Source: an uncultured Actinomycetes bacterium
GTDB lineage: Bacteria > Actinomycetota > UBA4738 > HRBIN12
Direction: 5' to 3'
Assembly (NCBI GenBank): GCA_963704725.1
Contig: OY969934.1
Location: forward strand, 3,328,001-3,392,000
DNA length: 64,000 bases
Position numbers and translations under genes: made by a program. Below the pieces are notes generated by a model that saw only the letters and a program-made list of their open reading frames with translations, was not told where the DNA came from and made no database searches. Within the stretch, counting starts at the first letter, position 1. Each line of letters opens with the position of its first letter. Of this stretch, positions 1 through 8,822 are shown piece by piece.

Positions 1-306
1 GACGACGGTGAGGTCCGCCGCGTCGGGCCCGAAGCCGGCCGCGCGGACCAGCTCGACCGTTCGGGCGAGCAGGTCGAGGCCGGTGATCCCCGCGCTGCGC
101 GGGTCGGTGTCGGGGAAGTGCTCGCCCACGTCGCCCAGCGCGGCCGCGCCGAGCAGCGCATCGGCGAGCGCGTGGCACACGGCGTCGCCGTCGGAGTGCC
201 CGGCGAGGCCGTCCTCCCCCTCGAAGCGCACCCCGCCGAGCATGAGCGGGCGCCCGGCCGCCCACCGATGGGTGTCGAAGCCGATGCCCGTCCGCCGCTC
301 AGCCAT
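1..306 (-). CDS. ispF: 2-C-methyl-D-erythritol 2,4-cyclodiphosphate synthase (runs off window edge)
   Basis: Manual translation from ATG 306: MAERRTGIGFDTHRW...LMLGGV...GLAGHSDGDAVCHALADALLGAAALGDVGEHFPDTD, the IspF signature. Overlaps the ispD stop. Confidence 0.95.
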   Translation of the reverse strand, partial: MAERRTGIGFDTHRWAAGRPLMLGGVRFEGEDGLAGHSDGDAVCHALADALLGAAALGDVGEHFPDTDPRSAGITGLDLLARTVELVRAAGFGPDAADLTVV

Positions 307-982
307 CGGCAGCCCGGGACAGGAACGCCTCGGCGCGCGCGAGGTCATCGGGGGTCGTGATCTTGACGTTGCCCGGCTCGCCGGGGATCGCTCGCACTCG
401 GTAGCCGGCGATCTCCAGGACCGCCGCGTCGTCCGTGACCTCGACGCCATCGCGCTCGGCGCGCGCATGGGCGTCCCGGAGCGCCGTCCCGACGAACGCC
501 TGCGGCGTCTGCGCGAGCGCGAGGGGTTCGCGAGGCTCGGTGCCCTCGATCGCGTCGCCGCGGACGCGCTTGACCGTGTCGGCGACGGGGACGACCGGGA
601 CGACCCCGTCCCAACCCTCGAGCGCCTCCAGGACCCTCGTCCACAGGCGCGCCGACGCGAGCGCCCGAGCCGCGTCGTGGCAGGCGATCGCGAAGGCGTC
701 GCCCGGGATCGCCGCCAGCGCCGCGCGAACCGAGGCCTGGCGCGTCGCGCCCCCGGCGACGACCGCGTGCACGCCGAGCGGCTCCACGATCGCCCGGGCC
801 GCCTGCTCCCAGCCCGCCGGGACCGCGACCACGACCGACGCCACGGAGCGGCTCGCGCAGGCGGACGCCACGGCGTGCGCCAGGAGGGGACGGCCGGCGA
901 GGGGGACGAACGCCTTCGGGGTATCGAGGCCGAGCCGGTCGCCGGTGCCGGCGGCGAGCACGATCGCGACGGCGCCGTCCAC
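299..982 (-). CDS. ispD: 2-C-methyl-D-erythritol 4-phosphate cytidylyltransferase
   Basis: LAAGTGDRLG..PKAF, GGATRQASV, CHDAARAL, AQTPQAF, TDDAAV, NVKITTPDDL motifs. Confidence 0.95.
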   Translation of the reverse strand: MDGAVAIVLAAGTGDRLGLDTPKAFVPLAGRPLLAHAVASACASRSVASVVVAVPAGWEQAARAIVEPLGVHAVVAGGATRQASVRAALAAIPGDAFAIACHDAARALASARLWTRVLEALEGWDGVVPVVPVADTVKRVRGDAIEGTEPREPLALAQTPQAFVGTALRDAHARAERDGVEVTDDAAVLEIAGYRVRAIPGEPGNVKITTPDDLARAEAFLSRAADG

Positions 983-992
983 GGCGCGCAGC

Positions 993-2114
993 CTACTGGA
1001 GGTTCGCGAAGACCATCCGGCCGGTCGCGGTCCTGATCACGTTGCGAACGAGCACGACCACGGTGCTCCCGATCTGCTCGCCGGCGGTCTCGACCACGAC
1101 CATCGTGCCGTCCTCGAGGTACCCGACCGCTTGCCCGAACTCGCGCCCCGCCTTGACGAGCTCGACCTCCAGCTGGTCGCCGGGCACCACGGGGAGCCGG
1201 AAGGCCAGGGCCAGGTCGTTCAGGCTGGGAACGGGGATCGAGAGCGCCTGGGCCACCTTCGCCAGGTTGAAGTCGGTCGTGATCAGCGAGGCGCCGCGAT
1301 CGCGGGCCAGCGCGACCAGCGCTGCGTCCACGTCGGGGACGCCGTCCTCCTCGACGAGGTGAACGTCGACGGTGGCCTCGCGCTTGAGCTGGGCCACCGT
1401 GTCAAGGCCGCGGCGGCCGCGCGAACGCCGCTTCGTGTCCGAGGAGTCCGCGATGGCCTGGAGCTCCCGCAGCACCCCGGTGTGAACGAGGAGGTCCCCC
1501 GACAGGAACCCCGTCTTCACCAGGTCGAGCACCCGCCCGTCGACCAGCGCGCTGGTGTCGATCACGCTGACCTCTCCGCGAGAGACCCCGGCCGCCCGCG
1601 GCTTCAGGCCGATCAGGCCGAACAGGTCGTCGTTCTTCGTCCGTCCGACGCGGAAGCCCGCGTAGCCGAGCGTCACGTACGTGAACGCCACGGACGTCCA
1701 GGCCGCGAGGGGGGGAAGCCGGAACACGGGCACGGAGACCAGGGCGGCGATCACCAGCCCGATGATGAGGCCGGCCAGACCGGCCACGATCTCGGCGGCC
1801 GGGACGCGGCGGAGCTCCTCCTCCATCGTCCGGACCGCGTTGGCGGTCTGCCGCCCGAGCACGCCACCGAGCACGAACCCCGTGGACGATCCCAGGACGA
1901 CGCCGACGATCGTCTTCGAGGTGTTCGGATCCCGAACGTGGGTGCCGATCGTGAAGCCGGCCACGGTGAACAGCAGGACCATGATCAGCCGGACGAACTC
2001 GACGAGCCGGCCCCTCGGCAGACGCTCGCGGTCGCCCGCCACGCGAGCGCGCAGGCGGCGGCCGGTTCTCGAGCGAGCACCCTGGACGAGCATCTCCCAT
2101 GATGCCTCGACCAC
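993..2114 (-). CDS. PIN/TRAM domain membrane protein (YacL family)
   Basis: Four N-terminal TM segments, IDTSALVDGR PIN motif, ELQAIADSSD..RRSRGRRGLD, TTDFNLAKVA, and TRAM GQAVGYLEDGTMVVVE. Lies upstream of ispD as yacL does. Confidence 0.9.
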   Translation of the reverse strand: MVEASWEMLVQGARSRTGRRLRARVAGDRERLPRGRLVEFVRLIMVLLFTVAGFTIGTHVRDPNTSKTIVGVVLGSSTGFVLGGVLGRQTANAVRTMEEELRRVPAAEIVAGLAGLIIGLVIAALVSVPVFRLPPLAAWTSVAFTYVTLGYAGFRVGRTKNDDLFGLIGLKPRAAGVSRGEVSVIDTSALVDGRVLDLVKTGFLSGDLLVHTGVLRELQAIADSSDTKRRSRGRRGLDTVAQLKREATVDVHLVEEDGVPDVDAALVALARDRGASLITTDFNLAKVAQALSIPVPSLNDLALAFRLPVVPGDQLEVELVKAGREFGQAVGYLEDGTMVVVETAGEQIGSTVVVLVRNVIRTATGRMVFANLQ

Positions 2115-2178
2115 GGGCCGCCCGGACTTGACCGAACGCCGCGTCGAATCCCCCGGCGGGGGAGGCCGGAAGCCGGTC

Positions 2179-2691
2179 TCAGGCCTGAGCGGCCATGGCG
2201 CGGGCGCCGTGGGAGTCGTCGAGGACCTTGTCGATCATTGCCTCGGCCTTCTCCTCGTCGCCGCCGGTCGCGTAGGTGAGCTCGGAGATCAGGATCTGGC
2301 GGGCCTTGGTGATCATGCGCTTCTCGCCGGCCGAGAGACCGCGCTCGCGCTCGCGGATCGACAGGTTCCGGACCACCTCGGCCACCTGGTAGATGTCCCC
2401 GGAGCGCAGCTTCTCGATGTTGTTCTTGAAGCGCCGGCTCCAGTTGGCGGCCATCTTGGACTCGTCCTCCTTGAGGACGTTCAGGACCTTCTTGACCTCG
2501 TTCTTGCCGACGACCGAGCGAAGGCCGACCTCGTCGGTGCTGTCGATCGGGACCATGAGGGTGAGGTCTCCGTAGGAGACCCGGAGCTTGAAGTACTTGC
2601 GCTTCTCGCCCATGAACTCCCGGACGCAGAGGTCCTCGATCACTGCTGCGCCGTGCTCCGGATGCACAACGGTGTCACCTTTGCGGAACAC
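2179..2691 (-). CDS. carD: CarD family RNA polymerase-binding transcription factor
   Basis: (M)FRKGDTVVHPEHGAAVIE...NWSRRFKNNIEKLRSGD...AEVVRNL...GLSAGEKRM. GTG start at 2691. Confidence 0.93.
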   Translation of the reverse strand: MFRKGDTVVHPEHGAAVIEDLCVREFMGEKRKYFKLRVSYGDLTLMVPIDSTDEVGLRSVVGKNEVKKVLNVLKEDESKMAANWSRRFKNNIEKLRSGDIYQVAEVVRNLSIRERERGLSAGEKRMITKARQILISELTYATGGDEEKAEAMIDKVLDDSHGARAMAAQA

Positions 2692-2840
2692 AAGACCCCC
2701 TCGGATCGACGGCTGGCCGTGGCTGGCAAGAGCCAGAGTAGCACGCAGACGGCCCGCCCCGCAAATCAAAAGCCCTGGTCAGAGGCTCTTTTCCCTCGCT
2801 TTCGGCCCATTTCGGCGGGCCGTTTGCCGGGCCCGAAGGG

Positions 2841-4157
2841 CTACCCGGACACTGCAGGGGCCCAGGTCAGCGCGTCTTTGAGGTGCCGGACGGCGCGCAC
2901 GTCGACTCCCTCCACGGGGGGCGTTCCCACGGGCGCGAAGACCGTGAGGAGACCGGCCGCCCGGGCCGCGGCGAGGCGCGTGGCCATGGCCCCGCCCGGT
3001 CTGAGGAGACCCGTGAGCCCGACCTCTCCCACGAACGCCGAGCCGTCCGGCGTCGGCACCCCGGTGGCCGCCGAGGCGATCGCCGCCGCGATCGCGAGAT
3101 CGCAGGCCGGGTCGTCGATCCTCACGCCCCCCGCGGAGGCCCCGAACACGTCCGAGCCGCCCACCCGGACCCCCGCCCGATCGAGGACCGCCGCGACCAG
3201 CTGGAACCGGCGTGGGTCCAGCCCGGTGACCTGCCGGCGGGTCGGAGGGGTCGACGGGACTACCAGCGCCTGGACCTCGGCGGCCAGGGCGCGGCGTCCG
3301 GCCTGGGGAAGCGCCACCGCCGCCCCGGGCTCGCCCTGCCCCGACAGGAGCAGCCCGGTCGGATCCAGCTCTCGGAGGCCCTGGAGGGTCATCTCGAACC
3401 ACGCGACCTCTCCCTCGGCCCCGAAGCGGTTCTTGCCACCCGTCAGCATCCGCAGACCCGAGCGCGGATCGCCGTCGAACGTCAGGACGACGTCCACCGC
3501 GTGCTCGAGCGTGCGGGGGCCGGCGACGTCCCCGTCCTTGGTGACGTGTCCGGTGAGCAGCACCGCGATCCCCTCGCTCTTGGCCAGGCCCACGAGCGCG
3601 TCCGCGCACGCCCGCACCTGCGCCGGCCCGCCGGGAACCTGGGTCCCCGCCGGGTCGCGCAGCGACTGGATCGAGTCCACTGCGAGCAGGAACGGGCGCG
3701 TGGCCCGGGCCGCCTCGAGGAGCTCCGGCAGCTCCCGGCCGGGGACGAACGCGACCGCGCCGCCGTCCAGGCCGAGCCGCCTCGCCCGCGCCGCGACCTG
3801 ATGCCGCGACTCCTCACCCGAGGCGAGCAGGCAGGAGAGCCCGGCAGCCGACAGGTTCGCCACCAACTGGAGGAGAAGGGTCGACTTGCCGATGCCGGGC
3901 TCGCCCGCGAGGAGGGCGACGGTGCCGGGGACGAGGCCGCCGCCGAGGACGCGGTCCACGCCCGCCAGACCGGTCGCGATCCGCCGGTCGTCCTCGGCCT
4001 CGTGCTCGAGCGTCCCGAGCGCGATCGAACCCTGAGCCGTGCCGCCGGCCCGCTCCTCGATCGTTCCCCAGGCTCCGCAGCCGGGGCAGCGCCCAGCCCA
4101 CTGGGCCAACTGCTGCCCGCATTCCCGGCACGAGAGCACCGTCCGCACCTTGCCCAC
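2841..4157 (-). CDS. radA: DNA repair protein RadA/Sms
   Basis: N-terminal CxxC...WAGRCPGCGAW zinc finger, Walker A GEPGIGKST, GHVTKDGDVAGPRTLEHAVD, KNRFG. Confidence 0.95.
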   Translation of the reverse strand: MGKVRTVLSCRECGQQLAQWAGRCPGCGAWGTIEERAGGTAQGSIALGTLEHEAEDDRRIATGLAGVDRVLGGGLVPGTVALLAGEPGIGKSTLLLQLVANLSAAGLSCLLASGEESRHQVAARARRLGLDGGAVAFVPGRELPELLEAARATRPFLLAVDSIQSLRDPAGTQVPGGPAQVRACADALVGLAKSEGIAVLLTGHVTKDGDVAGPRTLEHAVDVVLTFDGDPRSGLRMLTGGKNRFGAEGEVAWFEMTLQGLRELDPTGLLLSGQGEPGAAVALPQAGRRALAAEVQALVVPSTPPTRRQVTGLDPRRFQLVAAVLDRAGVRVGGSDVFGASAGGVRIDDPACDLAIAAAIASAATGVPTPDGSAFVGEVGLTGLLRPGGAMATRLAAARAAGLLTVFAPVGTPPVEGVDVRAVRHLKDALTWAPAVSG

Positions 4158-4165
4158 GGCGAGCG

Positions 4166-4187
4166 ACGATAGCGACGGGGTCTGACA
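4166..4187 (-). promoter_or_regulatory. PafBC-type (RecA-independent DNA-damage) promoter of radA
   Basis: Minus strand reads TGTCAG-N10-TATCGT, 8 nt before the radA GTG. Matches the mycobacterial PafBC consensus TGTCGG-N10-TANNNT. Confidence 0.7.
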
Positions 4188-4226
4188 CGCAGGTCGGACG
4201 CGGAGGCGACCGGCGGCGTGGCCGCG

Positions 4227-4232
4227 TATACT
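4227..4232 (+). promoter_or_regulatory. -10 element of the leader-peptide/RIO kinase transcript
   Basis: TATACT upstream of the GGAGG-led uORF. Confidence 0.6.
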
Positions 4233-4282
4233 CGGATGGTCCATCGATCAGCGAACGATCACGCGAGAGGAGGGATGAGCGC

Positions 4283-4336
4283 ATGGCGAAGGTCACCACC
4301 GTCGTGATGCCGCATCCCTCGGGGATCGCCGCCTAG
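4283..4336 (+). CDS. putative 17-aa leader peptide (uORF) MAKVTTVVMPHPSGIAA
   Basis: SD GGAGG at 4269-4273, 9 nt before the ATG. Followed by a terminator and then the RIO kinase. Confidence 0.6.
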   Translation: MAKVTTVVMPHPSGIAA

Positions 4337-4370
4337 CGAGCCGGGTCCGTCACGGAGCCGCGCCGTCCGC

Positions 4371-4398
4371 AGCCGCCCGAAGGGGCGGCTTTCTCTTT
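4371..4398 (+). terminator. intrinsic terminator / attenuator in the RIO kinase leader
   Basis: AGCCGCCC-GAAG-GGGCGGCT perfect 8-bp stem followed by TTCTCTTT. Confidence 0.75.
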
Positions 4399-4486
4399 GT
4401 CCTCCTACGGGCGTGAGGCCGTGCCGACGAACGTCACCGTTGCCCCGCAAGGCCGACCGACGCCAGCGATCGAAAGGAACCTCGCG

Positions 4487-5266
4487 TTGAGCGATCACGA
4501 AGAAACAACGGAAGGCGACGCGCTGTCGCACTTCGTCGACGAGGGTCTGATCACCGGACCCATCCGCATCATCAGGACCGGCAAGGAGGCCTCGGTGCAC
4601 CTGTGCCGGGCCAACCACTCGACCACCGGTGAGTCGCTGCTCGCCTTGAAGGTGTACCACCCGCTCGATCGTCGCGACTTCCGCGACGAGTCGCTCTACC
4701 GCGACGGGGAGTGGATCGAGGAGCGCCGCATCCGAGCGGCCCTCGACAAGAAGACGCGATTCGGCCGGCAGGTCCAGGGATCGCTCTGGGTGGACCGGGA
4801 GTGGCAGACGCTCCGCACCCTCGCCGAGACCGGTGCGCCCGTGCCCCGCCCGCTCGCCGCGACGGACGACGCGATCCTGATGACGTACATCGGGGACGAA
4901 GCCGACGCGGCGCCGCAGCTCCGCGCGTACCGGCCGGACGGGGACGAGGCCGAGGACCTCTTCCACCAGGTCATCCGTGCCGTCGAGCTGATGCTGTATC
5001 GCAACGTGATCCACGGCGACCTGTCCGCGTACAACGTGCTCGTGTGGGAGGGACGGGCCACGGTGATCGACCTGCCGCAGGCCGTCGATCCGCGGAAGAA
5101 CCGGCACGCGCCCGCCTTGCTCGAGCGCGACGTGGCGCGCATCTGCGGGCATTTCGAACGGCACGGAGTGCGTTCGTCCCCACCCCGCATCGCCGCGGAC
5201 CTGTGGACCGCGTGGCAGTTCGCGGACCTCGTCCCGGAGGAGCTCCGCGTGGAACTCGAGCTCTAG
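4487..5266 (+). CDS. RIO1-family protein kinase/ATPase
   Basis: IRTGKEASVH, LALKVY, WVDREW, ILMTYIG, IHGDLSAYNVL, IDLPQAVD, LERDV. TTG start at 4487 follows AAAGGA. Confidence 0.9.
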   Translation: MSDHEETTEGDALSHFVDEGLITGPIRIIRTGKEASVHLCRANHSTTGESLLALKVYHPLDRRDFRDESLYRDGEWIEERRIRAALDKKTRFGRQVQGSLWVDREWQTLRTLAETGAPVPRPLAATDDAILMTYIGDEADAAPQLRAYRPDGDEAEDLFHQVIRAVELMLYRNVIHGDLSAYNVLVWEGRATVIDLPQAVDPRKNRHAPALLERDVARICGHFERHGVRSSPPRIAADLWTAWQFADLVPEELRVELEL

Positions 5267-5640
5267 CCGTCCCGGGCGCCGCGGAACTCGAGGACGTAGC
5301 GCCACGTCGAGCCGTCGCCCGCGTGCTCGAACGTCTGGAGCCTTCCGACCTCGCCCCCCGGCAGCAGCATCGGGAGGCCGACGTGCTCCGCGCCCGGCCA
5401 CAGGTCCTGGCGGGAGCGCTCCTCCATGCGGACCAGCGTGATGGGCTGCCGCCCGTCCGTCTCGAGCGGCTCGCACCACTCGGCGTCCTCGGCCGGGATG
5501 AGCTGACGGAACCGGACGAACCGGACCGGGGCGTGCATCAGGACCGCCTCCCCCGGCGACTTCCACGCCTTGCCGAAGAACCGCCAGCGCTCGCCGTCCC
5601 GGGAGGTCTCGACCGCCCAGCACTCCTCGTTCCCCAGCAC
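5263..5640 (-). CDS. hypothetical protein (125 aa, Trp-rich)
   Basis: Coding-like codon usage. -10 TAGGCT lies 6 nt before the GTG (leaderless). Stop overlaps the RIO kinase stop. Confidence 0.7.
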   Translation of the reverse strand: MLGNEECWAVETSRDGERWRFFGKAWKSPGEAVLMHAPVRFVRFRQLIPAEDAEWCEPLETDGRQPITLVRMEERSRQDLWPGAEHVGLPMLLPGGEVGRLQTFEHAGDGSTWRYVLEFRGARDG

Positions 5641-5733
5641 CCACTGAGCCTACCCAGGGCCCCGACATCGCGTGTGCGGGGCGCTCGGCCCATGCCGGTC
5701 GGCGCCCTCATCGTCCGCAGGCGCCGTGCGCAC

Positions 5734-5919
5734 TCACGTGGCCGCAGGCCTGCGAACGCGGACCGCGCCCGGCTCGCCCTCCACTCGCCGGACGAGCCGG
5801 CGCATCGCGGCGCGGCGTGCCTCCCGTCGCCCGGCGCGTAGCTCCCGGGCCCGGGCGAGGGCGTCCACCGGCTGGACCACGGCCTCGGCCACCGCAACCG
5901 CCGCGATCGAGGTGCGCAT
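5734..5919 (-). CDS. small Arg/Ala-rich hypothetical protein (61 aa)
   Basis: Strong SD AAGGAGG before the ATG. Upstream are -10 TAGCGT (5953-5958) and the 18-bp operator. Confidence 0.65.
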   Translation of the reverse strand: MRTSIAAVAVAEAVVQPVDALARARELRAGRREARRAAMRRLVRRVEGEPGAVRVRRPAAT

Positions 5920-5978
5920 GTTGGACCTCCTTGTCGATCGACTGTGCTCGCAACGCTAGGCGCGGCCGTGGGCGTGAG

Positions 5979-5996
5979 CTAGCGGGATTCCCCTAG
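5979..5996. promoter_or_regulatory. 18-bp operator, copy 1 (CTAGCGGGATTCCCCTAG), candidate LAL binding site
   Basis: 17/18 identical to 13717-13734, with the same 20-nt spacing to a TANNNT -10 box. Confidence 0.7.
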
Positions 5997-6013
5997 CGGG
6001 ATGGCCGACATCC

Positions 6014-8803
6014 CTAGGCGTCCTCCGCCTCGCCTCCACGGTCCTCGCCCGGCCTCGACAGGTCCAGGGAGCCCTGGGCGACGAGCCCGGAGAGCTCCGC
6101 GCGGGACCGGATCCCAAGCTTGCGGTACACGCGCGTGAGGTGCGCCTCCACGCTCGCGACGCTCATGAACAGCTCCGCTGCGATCTCTCGGTTCCTCAGG
6201 CCCCGGCTCACCAGCGCCGCGACGCGGCGCTCGACGTCGGTGAGCCGTCCGGCCGTCCGTCCCGGCGCCGCTCGGTCGAGCTCCTCCTCGGTCCGTGCCT
6301 GCCAGAGCGCCGCGCCCATGCTCTGGAACCGAGCTCGAGCGCCCTCCAGGATGTCGGCGGCGAGCGTCCGGCGGCCGGCGCGCAGGAGGGCGCGTCCGCG
6401 CTGCAGCATGGCCCGGGCGGCGTCCGGTGCGTGGCCGAGCCGGTCGAAGACCTCGGTCGCGCTCTCGAGGAACACCGCGGCGGCGTCGGCCTCCCCGATC
6501 GCGAGATGCCAGACGCCTCGGCTGCGCGCCAGCGCGCCCCAGGCCCAGGGGAGGTCGAGCGCCGTCGCCTCGCGTTCGAGCCGGTCCAGCATCGTCTCCG
6601 CGCCCGCGACGTCGCCGGATGCCGACAACGCCTCGACGGCGTCGGGGACGATCGGCACCGCGCCCGGATGTGCGAACCCCCAGTCCTTCAGCAACAGGGC
6701 GCCGTCGGTGAGCTCGCGGGCGGCCGCGTCCGCGTCGCCCTCCGACAGGGCGAGCAGGCCGAGCACGCTCTTCGCGCGAACGACGCTCGGCCGCCCGCCG
6801 CGCCGCCTGCCCCACTCGAGGAGATGCTCGGCCGAGGCACGCGCCTCGGCCCGCCGTCCGAGCCAGGCGTCGACGAGCGCGAGCGGATAGAAGAGCCAGC
6901 CTTCGGCGTCGGGATTCTCCGCGTCGCGGGCGGATTCCATCGCCGCATGGACGACCTCTGCGGCGGAGGCGAGACGGCCCGACGCGCATTCGAGCAGCGC
7001 GAGGTCGTAGAGGCGGTACGGGCGTTCCAGCTCGTGACCCGAGCGCTCGTCGTCGGCGAGCGTCGCGTCCAGGAGCTCTCGCGCCCGAGGAAGATCACCC
7101 GCCCAGAGCGCCTGTTTGGCCGCCCACGCCATCGGACCACCCCCCAGGCGAGGCCGGCCGATCTCCTCGGTGAGGGCGACCGCCCGCGCCATACGATCGG
7201 GTCGGGGGTTGCCGGACAGCGCCTCCATGTGGGCGAGGTGGCCGCCGGCCAGCATCTGGAGCTCGGGGTCCTCGTGCCGGTCGGCGATCGCCGCAGCCTG
7301 CCGAGCGCACTCCAGCCCGGCTGGTAGGTCGCCGCGGTACATCCCGCGCGCCCAGCCGAGGATGTCGAGGACCCGCCCGCGCAGGAGCTCGTCCTCGCCG
7401 GCGTCCTCGATGGCCTGCACGAGCAGCCGGTCGCTGCGCTCGAGGTCCTCGTCCCCCACGTAGAAGCGTTGGATGAGGGCCTCTGCTCGCATCGGCCCCG
7501 GCGGGAGGGCGGCGACGAGGCGATCCGTGAGCGCGAGGGCCCGGCTCGCCTCTCCCGCGGCCGCGAGGTGGACGATCTCCGCGATGGCTCGACGGCGAGC
7601 ATCGCCGTGGTCGCCGGGGGGCGTCAGTCGCGCGCTGTGGTGTGCGAACTCCGCGGCGAGATCGGTCGCCCCGCGCCGCCCCGCCCGTTCGGCGGCTTCT
7701 TCCAGGAACCGCGCGACGTCCTCGTCCGGCAGGTCGATCGACGTCGCGAGATGGCGGGCACGCACGTCCGGATCGACGGCGTGGTCCGCGAGCACGGCGT
7801 GCAGCGCCCGACGGGCCGGCGGGGCCATGCGGGCGGACACACCCGAACCCAGGAGGGGGTGAGCGATGCGGACCTGCAGGTCCTCCTCGATCACGACGAG
7901 CCCGTGCGCCTCGGCAAGGGGCAAGAGCCGGTCCAGCTGCAGGGCCGGGAGGATCTCCTGGAGCTCCCGGACGGACGATCCGCCCACCACCGAGACCGTC
8001 TCCAGCAGCGGGACGAGGTCACCCGGAAGACGGTCCAGCCGCTGCGCGATGGCCTCTTGGAGCGAGCTCGGGAAGGCGAGCTCGACGTGGCCGCGGCCGG
8101 ACCGGCCGTCTCCCTCGAGGCCGCGAGCGAGCTCGATCGCGTACAGGGGGTTTCCGCCGGAGGCCGCGTGGATCCTTCGGAGCAGCGGCCGAGAGATGGA
8201 GGCGACGGTTCCGGCCAGGACCCGTCGGAGCTCGGCGAGGTCGAGCGGGCCGAGCTCCAGCAGCTCGAGGCGCTCGGGCGGCACGATCGCGGCCAGCGCG
8301 AGCGGATCGTCGGGATCGGTCTCCCGGCGCGCGGTGACGAGGATGCCGATCGGCTCGGCGTCGATGCGCCGCAACGCGTATCGGAGCGTCCGGGCGGACA
8401 CCGAGTCCAGCCATTGCACGTCGTCGATCGCCAGCAGCGCCGGTCCGCGCCCCCCGATGACGCGGAGCTCCGTGAGCGCCCGGCGCCCGCGAGCGAACGG
8501 ATCCTCTTCACTGCGCAGCTCCTCGAGCTCCGACTCCGGGCTCTGGAGGAGATCGACCAGGCCGACGAGGTCGAGCGCCATCTCGTCTTCCGTCGGCCTG
8601 GTCTGCCGAACGTCGATGCCGGCCGCGCGTGCGCTCGCAACCGCGTGACGCCACAGCGCGGTCTTGCCGATACCGATGTCGCCCCGGATGACCAGCGCCC
8701 GCATCCCCGTCGACACGGCGCGGACGAAGGCGTCGACGCGCGCCACCTCGACCTCCCGGCCGACGAGGGTCGGCGACGCCGGAGGGCTGGGCGTTCGGCG
8801 CAT
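6014..8803 (-). CDS. LAL-family regulator (AAA/STAND ATPase, TPR-like repeats, LuxR HTH), copy 1
   Basis: LVGRE, Walker A GDIGIGKT, Walker B LLAIDDVQWLD, SGGNPLY, C-terminal LTDVERRVAALVSRGLRNREIAAELFMS..VEAHLTRVYRKLG. ATG 8803 is 6 nt after GATAAT. Confidence 0.92.
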   Translation of the reverse strand: MRRTPSPPASPTLVGREVEVARVDAFVRAVSTGMRALVIRGDIGIGKTALWRHAVASARAAGIDVRQTRPTEDEMALDLVGLVDLLQSPESELEELRSEEDPFARGRRALTELRVIGGRGPALLAIDDVQWLDSVSARTLRYALRRIDAEPIGILVTARRETDPDDPLALAAIVPPERLELLELGPLDLAELRRVLAGTVASISRPLLRRIHAASGGNPLYAIELARGLEGDGRSGRGHVELAFPSSLQEAIAQRLDRLPGDLVPLLETVSVVGGSSVRELQEILPALQLDRLLPLAEAHGLVVIEEDLQVRIAHPLLGSGVSARMAPPARRALHAVLADHAVDPDVRARHLATSIDLPDEDVARFLEEAAERAGRRGATDLAAEFAHHSARLTPPGDHGDARRRAIAEIVHLAAAGEASRALALTDRLVAALPPGPMRAEALIQRFYVGDEDLERSDRLLVQAIEDAGEDELLRGRVLDILGWARGMYRGDLPAGLECARQAAAIADRHEDPELQMLAGGHLAHMEALSGNPRPDRMARAVALTEEIGRPRLGGGPMAWAAKQALWAGDLPRARELLDATLADDERSGHELERPYRLYDLALLECASGRLASAAEVVHAAMESARDAENPDAEGWLFYPLALVDAWLGRRAEARASAEHLLEWGRRRGGRPSVVRAKSVLGLLALSEGDADAAARELTDGALLLKDWGFAHPGAVPIVPDAVEALSASGDVAGAETMLDRLEREATALDLPWAWGALARSRGVWHLAIGEADAAAVFLESATEVFDRLGHAPDAARAMLQRGRALLRAGRRTLAADILEGARARFQSMGAALWQARTEEELDRAAPGRTAGRLTDVERRVAALVSRGLRNREIAAELFMSVASVEAHLTRVYRKLGIRSRAELSGLVAQGSLDLSRPGEDRGGEAEDA

Positions 8804-8822
8804 CGCCCGATTATCCGCCGGT

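Noticed and set aside
4236-4307. Alternative uORF frame (ATG 4236 or 4275, ...MSAWRRSPPS*)
   Set aside because: ATG 4236 is too close to the -10 box and ATG 4275 abuts the SD; ATG 4283 has proper spacing.
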